Origin: Macrostomum lignano
Lineage: Eukaryota
Length of the DNA: 30,197 bases
Assembly (NCBI GenBank): GCA_002269645.1
Contig: NIVC01001229.1
Location: 1-30,197, forward strand
Direction: 5' to 3'
The notes beneath the pieces were generated by a model that did no database searches, was not told the DNA's origin, and saw nothing but the letters and a program-made list of their open reading frames with translations. A program made the position numbers and the translations under genes. Shown in pieces: positions 16,138 through 27,141 of this stretch (position 1 is its first letter; the number at the start of each line of letters is the position of its first letter).

Positions 16138-18694
16138 ATGACTGAGCCAGTTACATGTAGCAACAGTCTGATGCTTGCCACCCTGGAGGCATCTATCAAG
16201 GCTAAGTTACCCAGCTCCGAGGTGCAGAAAGCCTAGGCTGACAGTCTTTGTCTGTCTGCTGACACTGAAGCAGATGTGCGACAAAAGTGAAAGCAAAGGC
16301 ACTGGATCTGGAAATTTTGAAGGTGCGCAAGAAAGCTGCTAGCAAGCAGAGTGCCTGGGCCATCTATATGGACAAAGTGTTTGCCTTTCCTGCAGTGGTA
16401 CTAGTCCCAGCTGCAAATGTGCCACAGCTGGCTCCTAGCATGCCAACCCAAACTTCTTCTGCTACTGCTGCTGCTTGGTCCCCTGAAGAGGAGTGGGGCA
16501 CCAATACAGGCCTTTGAGAAGCTGTATGCTATCTTTTGGCCTAGCTGGAACGGTCAGAGGTGACTATACAAAAGCTGCACAATAAGCTGGCCAAGTGTCC
16601 ACAGCAAAAAGTGTGGTTGCAGTATGTCCGGCATCTGAAAGATTGGCTGCATGTAGTTTGACAGCAATTGAGCAGCAAAAGCCGGCAACTGGTAGAGATG
16701 AGTGAGGCCAAGCTAGCCAAGAAACGTCACCAGGCTGCTTGAGCGGAAGCTGCTGCTAAGCGTAGAAATGCCTTGGTGCATGCCGAGCTGCGCGAGATGC
16801 ACGAAATGCTGGCTACTTTGAAAAGTCGCATAAGTTGCATGAGTAAGATTGTTGTTGACTTGTCACTATGGTGCATTGGATATGGTGCAAGGGTTGGGTG
16901 TCAGATTGGGAATGACCGAGATTGGGAAGGATTGTTCTTCAAACATACAGTACTCTAAACACCAAACAGATCCAACAGCTCTAGGTCATATTCCAAGCTG
17001 GCCAGATGTATGTACTGCAGACGCAGGAGCTAAGAGCTGCTGGTAGAAAGCAGTATACCAACCATGTCCTTGCCACCTGCACAAATCTGGTGCTAAAGTG
17101 CCACATCCCTGTTTGAGCCATCCGCGACACTATTGTCACTGTCGCCAAGCAGCTCTGTAGAGTTGCAGATCAGCGAAAAGCTGCCCTCGCTTATCAGCTT
17201 GGTCACATACGGTGTTGGCAGCAGCCTTGCCAAGGCGAAGGCCATGGAGAGCATCCTGCTTGCATCAGAGACAAACAACCTTTGACACTGATGACTGATG
17301 CTACAAGCAAATGGGGCAACCATTAGAGTGTTCTGCAGGTAGAAAAGAGAAGACACGGGGTGATCACCTGCCAGGTGGTGCGCTGCACAATCTGCCAGAC
17401 AACAATTCCCATTTGGCTGCTGCTGCTCCCAAGGACAATGTGGCATGTGAGGTATCTTTTGCAGTACTGGACAGTACTGTAAGGTTGAAGCCCAACATGT
17501 GGCCCCTAGCTCACAAGACGTTCATGCTTTTTAACCAGAATGGAACAAGCAAGTGGCTTTGCCAGAAGTCACTGGAAGAGCAGGACCCAATGCTATTGTG
17601 AGCACGTCATATCACAAAGAAGGTGGAGATGCAGGCCAAGGTGGATCCCAGGGCTGTTTGAGCTGCATAGCAGCAGGCTTGAATTGCTCAGAATCAGTGC
17701 AGAAAGATTGCCAGGGAGAGTTTGCTCCGCGACCTGATCAATGTGGTGCAGGACTACGGTGGCCTATGGCTCACAGTTGCTGAGATGCAGAACAGGCTTT
17801 TGGCCCTGTCTGAGCGGCTGCATGAGCCAGCTGTGCTCTCCCAACTGCAACTGCACAAGGCAATAGGTAATATATACAGTATTCATTACTGCCTGTGCTC
17901 ATGCATATCCCACTTTTAGGATTAATTGTCATCACTGAATATGCATTCCCTACTAACACCCTTCTTAAACAGAGCCAACAATCCCCAATGACATGGCAGG
18001 CTGCCTTAACCTTATAGATTCTGGCACGAAAAGGTCAGTGCAACTCCTCACTGACAACCTGCAAGAATTCCTGGCCTATCTGCAGGGGGAAAAATTGCCA
18101 TAGCCAAGGAGGATGACTCGCAGGTTGTGTCGGTACAATCTGCCAACAAGCATGCTGACCGTGTTAAGGTAGCCATTGCAAAGAAGCTGGAGCCTGCACA
18201 AACAGCCTTATCTATAGCTGCCAGATTGCATAGGCATGGGATGAGGCATGGTTGTGGCCAAGGCAGCGCAGGCAATAGAGCTTAGGCTCAGGGCACTAGC
18301 AAAGGCAGACATGGAGAAGGACAGGGAACTACTAGGCGAGGACATGGGCTTAGGCGTGGGCGTGCATGCGGGTATCCATGCAAGTACCAAGCGCCCTCAT
18401 AACTTGACTTCCAAGTCCGAGCAGGAGTTTGATGCCAAGCCCAAGGCCCAACCCAGACAGGCACCATCGCTTTAGAACTTATCAGTCTTTGAGTGTTGAC
18501 ACATTGAAATGCAATTTGGCTATGCTGATGGTTCTGAGCAATGGAAGGAAGGCTACGTTCAGTGTCAACTGCCATGCGCCAGCCATGATGTATTCTCATA
18601 GAACTTTGAGGTCACCTTCGATGAGACTGGCCCAAATGAAGTTTTTACCTACAACCTTTACAAAGACTACTTAGACAATGACCTTCTGTGCTAG
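16138..18694 (+). pseudogene. Decayed, internally deleted transposase-like gene (copy 1 of an unclassified DDE-like DNA transposon family)
   Basis: Reading through stops gives an N-terminal coiled coil, LMTDATSKWGNH (candidate first Asp), DHLPGG...APKDNVACEVSFAVLDSTVRLKPN (candidate Glu), YGGLWLTVAEM...SQLQLHK, and a C-terminal HIEMQF...WKEGYV...FEVTFDE...VFTYNLYKDYLDNDL. Homologous to the ORF at 23315-24620. Family motifs recalled from memory, not searched. Confidence 0.7.
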
Positions 18695-19749
18695 ACAATG
18701 AAGACAATTAGTGACATACTTTTCCTTAGGCTTAAATTTTACTAGACATGGATACAGAAAATTTTGAATGGGGATATAGAGCACTAAGGTTACATGTATA
18801 TGTAAGTATGGTATATGTACATAATAATGTACTACCGATAGAGAAAGTGATAAAAGCAAAATTGTTGAATGGCATGCCCTTTGCACCATACCCTAAATCC
18901 AATACTGAATTTAATTTTTTTAAGTCTAAGATGTACTATACTGTCTGTACAATGTATATACATGTAGGTTGCCCTACCAATAACAGTTTTTAAACTTCCT
19001 TCATTATTAATAAGTTATACAGTTTTTAAAGTAATATCAGAAAGGTCAATTAGCATTGACCAGTTGACTAGACATATGCCAAAGATTGCTTGTTGGGATA
19101 GCTCTGCTAGGGTCCATTTTCAGCAGCAAACCTTCCAGTGGAAGCCTTTTTTACTTCTATCCTTTCATGTATAGAAATATACACATTTACCAATAAAAGA
19201 AGCTATCTAAAACAATATATTAACATAATGTAGTCATTAAATTTTACCTCAACAAACATCATACCATAGGCGCAGGACCTTCAGTAGATATTAATAGGTG
19301 CATCTCTTTTCACATACCCATTTCCCATATTTTTTCTATGTATTTTCATTTAACCATGCCCTAAATTTACTGGATATAGCAATTATACGAATTGGTGAGA
19401 TGTGCATAAAGGATTAAGTGTATCCTGAGTCCAGCTATCTTCTTTTGAAAAGAAATTGCAAGTGTGACTGATTTGTGGAACATACAGCCCTTCATGTATA
19501 TTTTTCCTATCTCTATAGTGTATTTGCTTGTACAGCTTTGCCAAATATGCCAAATAACTTCAGTCAGCAAAAGTTATCAGGATGTGCCTTTAGGACAAAG
19601 AGTTTGGCCTGTTTTGCTATCATTTTATCAAAGAAACTAATTGGCCTTTCTTTCAAGCTTAGAAAATTTCCTAATTTTTGTCTCTTATGGAGATGGCAAT
19701 CTTTTACTTTACTGCATTAAACTATTTGCCCACTTTCAAAACTTTTCAG

Positions 19750-20011
19750 CCTACCTGCTGACTACCCATATGGCTAGGAGGCCTAGAGCACCAACTACAA
19801 TCACCAACTCCATTTTGTAGACCCCCACAACCCGACTGTCCATACAAACATCATTGAGAGGTCATGGGCACATGTCAAGGCCAAATTCAGGGCGATGCAC
19901 GGCACCAGCAATGCCCTGTTTGAGACCCACCTCAATGAGTACCTGAGGCGCCGCCACTTGCCAAAGAAAGCATTTGGCAATGTTTTATATTGGATTGTGC
20001 ATTATTATTGA
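19750..20011 (+). mobile_element. Merlin / IS1595 (ISXO2-like) transposase C-terminal fragment
   Basis: 19793-20011 reads NYNHQLHFVDPHNPTVHTNIIERSWAHVKAKFRAMHGTSNALFETHLNEYLRRRHL...*, matching the Merlin 'NH...FVDP..G.HTN.IE..W..VK...GT....F..YL.E..WR' motif around the catalytic Glu. No TIRs found. Confidence 0.8.
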
Positions 20012-20652
20012 CATTTTGGACTGCCTTCTAACTACTGTAGACTGTTGAAATATGTAACTTTTCATTTCTACCTAAAAATAATTTAACGTACTCATAGTAA
20101 ACTAGGAGATTGCCATTATGATTTGCATGCATTTAGAAAATTTCTATTAAGCATATTGCGGCAAGAGTTACACTCATCTTGTCTTGTTTAAACATTTCAT
20201 TTTGTCACTAGAAGTAAGTAGCAAAAAGAATTAGGGTGGCCCCTCTTTCCATTCAAAAGTTATAGCCATTTTAAATTTTAAATGTATATGTACATATTTT
20301 TGAACAAAAAAATCACTTAAAATGACATGCAGGAAGTTACCTACACTCAGTGTGCAAATATTCTTAGCAATTATGTATTCATTTACTAAAAAACTAATCC
20401 TCCTAATCTCATATTTTCAAACAAATTCAGCACAGTTTTGAAAATGTATGAAAATGTATACAATGTTTGATAGTCTTTATCTTTGTAATTGTATGTACTA
20501 AACATATGTCATTTATATTTCATTTGAAAGATCTGTTTGCCTTCTTTTTATTATCTCATTATCTTATCTTATATATTGAAAAAGTTATAGGCCTAGCCAT
20601 TTAAAGAAAACCACTTTTTACCTTTTTTGTTTTTGCACACGCTAAAAATGGG

Positions 20653-20668
20653 CTCACTGGACACCCCA
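20653..20668. mobile_element. Isolated right-hand TIR copy CTCACTGGACACCCCA of the 22221-25036 element family
   Basis: 15/16 identity to the TIR at 25021-25036, same orientation. Confidence 0.7.
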
Positions 20669-22285
20669 AGTCTTTTATAAATTAAAAATATTTTAATTTA
20701 TATATACAAATTATGAATTCAAATTTATTTAAAATGGCTAAAATGGCACAACCTGGCATCGTGACATCCTTATATTTCCACCAGTGAACGATCCAAGCCT
20801 GGCGCCACTAAAGGCTGCGTCGGGCAAGAGCAAGAGAACCCGAAGCACTGCCAGGGGCCAAGGGTGAGTAAATAAGTTAGACTCCCATATTTTGAAATTT
20901 CACATTTTTTCTCTAAAAAATGCTCCTATTTTGCAACTACTGCGCCAATTGAGTTGAATGAGATGTCGATCGATAGAAAACTTTTAGATCTATTGAATGA
21001 ATATACTCTCAAGTGCAAAGATTCTTTAAATAAGCCATAAATTAACTGAAAAGATGATTTTTTCAAAAGTGCTTCTGGGAGATCTCAAAATTCTGGTACA
21101 CCTTACGAGATATGGCTTTGACATCTGAGGATCAAAGTTGTAAAACTAAATTTCCTACAAAATGGTATATGGCGCTTTAATTTATTTTGACATCTTTATT
21201 CAGTTTTGGTGGGTTTTTTGGGTAAAAAAATGACCCTCATTTTAATATTTTTCCACTTTTTCCTACAAAGCTTTTTAAGTTTTGGCTTCAAAGCAGTGCA
21301 GTTAGATGCGCAATGCAAAAATCTACAAGTGTCTAAAGTTTTGTTTTATTACGATTTTGCAGTGCTAAGAAAATCGACAAAGATTGATTTTGAAAAAAAT
21401 CACATGACTTTTATATTATTGCTCATTATAATTTTGAGAACATGGTGCAAATAATCCAACTTCGAATTTCTATAGCATAGTTTATATACTATATTGGTTT
21501 GAATTGCCGCCATCTGATTTTGCTGCTTTTGGGTTGAAAAATCAATCAGAAATTGATAATTTGTGATTTTTGGCTGATTGGGTGCCAGAAAAATAGGTGA
21601 TTGAATTGTTAAAAGAATGGTAGATCAAATGCGGATACTGCAACAAATTGTACTAATGTCTGGCTAAAATTTACCAAGTTTTTGAGTGTCTGCAACAAGT
21701 GCTCAATGTATCAAAAGTGATTGGAAATCAATTAGAATAGTGATTTTTTAATATTTGGCTTGAAATCAAACAAAATAAAGCAATAAGATGTCATTATTTT
21801 TATGACGGCTGATTTCCCACAAAAAGAGGCATATTTGTGTGCAATTTCTAGAGATTAAGTTAATTGAGTAAAAAATTATCAATAAAAAACTGAAAACTTG
21901 ACTTTTTTCTTTTATGTTAGTTTTGGGGCTATTTAAGCTGGAAATGGTAGGAATTTTGCACTGAAACCAATGCACAGTGTTTCATATAGTTAATTTAACA
22001 AACTTCTTGAATTTTATAAGCATTCGATGTTTTTTTCATATAAAAAATCATTTTTTTGCATCGAAATTCATCAGATTAAGCTGCATACCACTTTGCATAA
22101 TCTGCATTTGCAATTTGCATGCGATTGCTTGCATGGCTTTGGCGTTGGGCTGAGTTAAGCTGGTTAGAAAGGAAAGGAAAAGGAAGGAATTAATCTTATA
22201 TATAATGTACACACTGTTGCTAGGGTGTCCAGTGAGAATTTTTTTTCTGAAATTTTTTTGGTTTTGACTTATGTAACTTATAGAC

Positions 22286-22936
22286 CTGGATGTTATGAGT
22301 AAAATGACACTTCACTTTTTTAATTTGGTCAAGTAATAAAAAAGTTATGAGTATTTTTGTTTTAAAAAGAATGCGTTTTTCCCTATTCTTAATACATTAG
22401 AAAGTGAAGCCAATTCCACGTCATTTTTACTTTTTTCTTTAATTAAGTGTAAATAACTTTTTTGTTAGTTAAGCTACTTCTTTGACTTTGGTGTCAATTT
22501 TTAGGTAATTTAACTGTGCAATATAATTTGTAACTAAAAAAGTTCTCCTGCTTAGCAGTTTTTTGCTGCAGGATGTTCTGTTAATAAAAAAATGTTTTTT
22601 TTTATGCTGCCGGAGTCATACTTTTTTTACTTTAAAGTCCCCTTAAAATACTTGTACTATACTTAGACAGACTTTCTTGGTGTCAAACTTTAGATTTCTT
22701 TTAGTTCTTTTAGGAAACATAAAAATTGTGCAGTTTAAGTATAGCTGTAGGTGAGGAGAATTTTTTAAGGAAAAATTGTGAATAAGGGTTCAGGAAGGCA
22801 AACTGGGTGATAGTGTCTAGTAGACAGTTTTAAGTTAGAATGTCAGGGTTTTTACTTTTTTTAACAAATACAACTGGATGTTATGAGTAAAATGACATAT
22901 TACTTTTAAAGATATGTTGAATAATAAAAAAGTTAT
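22286..22936. repeat. Internal imperfect direct repeat (about 63 nt) in the left arm of copy 2, at 22286 and 22874
   Basis: CTGGATGTTATGAGTAAAATGACA occurs twice, 588 nt apart, each followed 48 nt later by TAATAAAAAAGTTAT. Confidence 0.85.
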
Positions 22937-23314
22937 AAGAATTTTTAAAAAAAATTCATTGCACTGCTTCTTTCTCTGTATTGTTGTAAATGGGTAATGA
23001 CATGTATATGGTATAAAAAATGTTTCATAACTTCACAAGTTTCTGTTTCCATATTTTCTGGCTTGTCCTTAATATATAAATATGACTAATATTATGAGTA
23101 TCTGGCTTTACTGTGAGTTTATGTCATTTATCATGTCAAAATATACTATTTCACTTTCAGATGCTATTATGTCATAATATAAATTGTAATTGTAAATTAT
23201 GTCAGAACAATATTCTCATACTCAATTTTATCGCTCCATTTTTAACCCTCACTCCAGTGCTTCTGCTAGCATTTAAATTGAATACTACATAATATTTCAT
23301 AAGAATTTATTTCT

Positions 23315-24620
23315 ATGTCCAACTCAACGACACCCAAGACTGGTGCAGCCAGTAGCGCTGGGCCTGGCACCCCTATTGCTCGATCAAGGGGTCGACCCAG
23401 ATTGCAGGTCACCAATGCCATGGCAATCGCTACTGTAGAGCAGCAGCAGCAGGGTGTTAGTTTCACTGAAAAATGGACTGCTTTGGCTGACTGTCTTGAG
23501 CAACAAGACATGAGCCTAGCTGAGTTAAAGACCTTGCAGGGAGCCTTCAGTCGCATGTACGCAAAGGCAGAAGCCCTGAAGAAGAGCACGCATGGTGCTG
23601 GTAGAGATGAAGGCAGAGCTGCCTACCAGCAGTTCTTGGAGAGTAAATTTGTACCTCCTGCCACGCGTGGCCGTGAGGCTGCAGATGCAGCTACCACTAG
23701 GCCTGCGGATGCACCTGCCACGCCTGCTGGCGCACCTGCCACGCCTGGTCGCATCCAGGCAGCTGCCAGTGCCCTGTCACCAGAAGAGCAGCGCGGTCAG
23801 GAGGATGGGCTTCGTGCAGCACTGCGTGAGGTAAGCCTTCTAGAGTGAGGAGTGAGGCTGTATCTCGCATTGTCTATTGAAATGAGTTTAAACTTTGAAC
23901 AGGTACCCTTCGACTTGTCAGGTAGTAAGATAGTTTTTTTTTACTTTACTGTTGCAAAAAGAAAGCCTTAATTATGTCTTGTCCTGACACAACTTTCCGG
24001 GTAACGCAAGGGACTGAAATCTGGAACTTTATTTTATTCCCCTTTCACACAGGCACAATATCGTCTGACTCTATCCGAGGCAAGGGTCAGGCGGCTTATA
24101 TTTTGCCTCTCAAGACGGCCATCGATGAAGGTATGGCAGGAGCGCGTCAGACGCCTCCAGCGGCGGATCCGAGACGCCCGCCGACAATATCGGTACCAGG
24201 CCAGGATGCTGCTGGATGTGCGTGCGAATCTATTGCTGGAGAAGCGCCAGTCGGCCAGGTGCAGGGCGCAAAGCCATTCCAGATGGAGGACTTCCGCGGC
24301 AACCGGGCATACGTCATCTTCCCGAATGGAGGTCACGTTTTCCGCCAGCGGGAGCTCCTGCTGACTTTCCTGACGGAGTACCCGTGCAGCAACCGCCTGC
24401 TGCTAGCCGTGCAAGCAGATCTCGCCTCGAATGTCCTGCTGAGTGGCTGTCGAGCGCTTGGTGTCATCGACATGCTAGTGATTCGGCCATTGTGGATGCT
24501 GAACCGGCAGTCAACAGTCCGAATTCTGGACATGAACCAGCGCTACGAGCAACTCTGCGACTGGCTGGAGGAGCTGGCCACTGCAGACGGCTTCCGCTTT
24601 TCGGGCGACCAGAGAACTGA
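23315..24620 (+). pseudogene. Transposase-like remnant in copy 2: exon 23315-23830, intron 23831-24052, exon 24053 to about 24258, fused out of frame to a central fragment (about 24259-24620)
   Basis: GAG|gtaagc...tttcacacag|GCA joins in frame (GLRAALRE|AQYRLTLSEARVRRLIFCLSRRPSMKVWQERVRRL), aligning gap-free to copy 1. The downstream frame reads FRGNRAYVIFPNGG...NRLLLAVQADL...LSGCRALGVIDMLVIRPLW. Confidence 0.75.
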
Positions 24621-27141
24621 CATTCACCAATTTTCATGTACATGACATGCTTGTACATGAAAAAATTTTTTCTTCAAAAAATAGCTCCTAAGGTACTCAT
24701 ACATGTTTACTAAGCTCTAGTGTTGAAAAAATCATGAAAAACAGTTCAGTTTTTATGTAGGACCAATTCTACAAAACCCACTTTCTTTTTTGGATTTTGC
24801 CTCAATTTTAAATTTCTGTAAAAATGGCACAACTTTGCCATGCTGTAACTTTTTTTGTATAAAATGAAATCGCTTGATTCTTTTTTTATGTTGTAGATAT
24901 AAGTCTTAACTTTCTAAAAAGTATAAACTCATTGCTGTAGCTTACATACTTACCGATTTACAGACATTTGAAATTAGGTCATTTTCATATTTTTTCAAAA
25001 ATCATACATTGAAAAAATAGCTCACTGGACACCCTACGCTTCCAAGTGGGATTGTGGCAACATGAGAGGGCTTGGCAGCTTGGTTGGGAGGGCATATAAT
25101 AGCGCTTCATTTGCTTCGCACACAGACCAAGGAAAATTAGATCAATAAATAGGCATCACATGATTATAATTTTGTATTAAATTTAGCTTTTTAACTGAAC
25201 ATTTGAATTGCAAGACATTTAAGACAATATGATAAGATTCAGGATAAGATGCTTCTAATATTTAGACTTCTTAAGATATGTTCTTAGCAGTCTTTATATG
25301 CTTCTGTATGGCACTGCCGGATCCCTAGCTGTTAGAAAATGGGTTCCAGTGCCGGAACTCTAGCCATTACCATGACAAAATGGCAGATGACGAAATGACT
25401 AGGAACCTGAAGACCTACGTCTAAAAAGAAGCCCGTTCACTAGTGGCAAAAAGACGTGTGCATCTTCATACTACTTGTAATATAATTAGCCTATAATAAA
25501 ACAATAAGCTATGCTATTTTTATATTATACTTACTTTTTGAATAATAACAATTATAGTTCATAACACTATGTTATATGATATAGGCTTATTAACTATATA
25601 TTAAACATATTTATAAACATAAAAAACTATGTATTATCATCAAGTAGCAACATCTTACCTTGGATTATGTCAAAATCTATTTCTGAAGACATTATAAATA
25701 TTATTTGTTTGCCAATGGCAATTGTCTATGACTATATAATATAATGCCTAAGTATCTCTAAAGTAGTATAGGCCCTAAATAGAGCCTATATGGATTAAAT
25801 GTTAAGAGGAAAGTGCTTCACTAAATTCAAATAAATTCAGGATACTAAAATAGGTAAGGTAGGTAGTACAGGCAGCAGTACAGTTCAGTAGGCTTAACTC
25901 AATCTGATCTGCACTTAGGGCCTAAACGTCTGATGCAATAATTTCCAACGGAATTTAGGTAGTTTCTGCTAGCTTAGGAATAACAAAAGTAGAAAAATAT
26001 TTTGGTAAAAAAGAAGTAAATTCTTTAATAAATAAAAGTAAAACTTAAAAAATTCAATTTAATTGTTTTTTCCTCTTATTTATTTTATAGTCACAACATT
26101 TAAATTTTTTTTTGAAAAGCATCGTTTGCAGCGCCCGCGGAGCAAGGACGCTACTAAGCTACTTAACACTCGCTTTCTTTCCCCGGAACGTTTAATTGTA
26201 CATTACTTATATAAGTTCGAGTTCAGTAATTGTAAGGAAAGTTACAAATCACCATTATCTACGTCAATTGCCTATTTTCTGTTTGAAAATGTCAAATGCA
26301 AAGCAAGCAAAACTAGATCCGAATTCTGGTGATGGTGATGGCATAACAGAACAAGGTAGGCCAACAACTTGTATACATTCTTATGCTATACTATGCTGTG
26401 AATGCGTCTTTGGACTAATCTAAGTCATTAATTTCAATTTGTGCAAAACAACAAAATATGTGGCTTACATTTATCATATGTCAGTAAGGATAAGGATTAC
26501 AGTTTCAATGACAAGACTAGAGATCATTTCTATAAGTTTATTTTGGAGAATCTAACATTGGTGAAATTTGAGAAATCTCATTAGGGAAATCTAACATTAG
26601 AAAGTTTTTTAGTATATGGTTTACAAACAAAAGTTTTAATAGCTAATTGTAATAAACATTCAAATTTCAAATATTAGGAGTACTTGACAATTTATGTCCT
26701 GCTATGCATATGGAAACTGCATTTTAATCAAAGACATCACTAGCAGCTAGGGTCAAGCCATAGTCTGGATCATGCTGGGTGCACGCCTAAACAAAAATTG
26801 ATAGTTATAAATGCATGCCAAACAATAAATGCATACCTATTCTTAAAACTCCACCAATAATATGACTATAAATGACTTTTTTACATTGTGACAATAAATA
26901 GCCTTTTTTCATTGCACAGGCCTAATAGACCCTCTTTGACAGATAATTTGGTTTTTTTTCTGCTTTTTTGGTGATACTATATTTATAGTAGAAAATTAAT
27001 ATATGCAAAGATATGTTTAAATGCTTTAATCCAAGCTTAAAGACCCAAAAAGCAGAAAATTTACTTTTAAAATGAACTTTTTTCACATTTTTTCTTCTTC
27101 ATAATAACTCCTCTGCATGATTCTATAAAGTGCATGCTAGG

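Larger units (their letters stand above)
22221..25036 (+). mobile_element. Non-autonomous (internally deleted) DNA transposon, copy 2, with 16-bp TIR TAGGGTGTCCAGTGAG
   Basis: Perfect inverted repeats at 22221-22236 and 25021-25036 enclose a transposase-like ORF remnant. No 8-bp TSD; TSD is either TA or 3 bp (TGC/CGC). Confidence 0.85.

Noticed and set aside
16138-18694. Argument that all stops are one C-to-T step from CGA/CAG as proof of deamination
   Set aside because: This is trivially true of every stop codon. Only the alignment to Arg in copy 2 and the Gln-run contexts were used as evidence.
22221-25036. Assignment of the TAGGG-ended element to Academ or hATm
   Set aside because: The termini are suggestive, but the protein motifs do not match what I recall for those groups and no 8-bp TSD is present; left unclassified.
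26289-26355. ATG-initiated mini-exon MSNAKQAKLDPNSGDGDGITEQ followed by a gtaggc donor
   Set aside because: No downstream exons or homology could be identified; too short to support.
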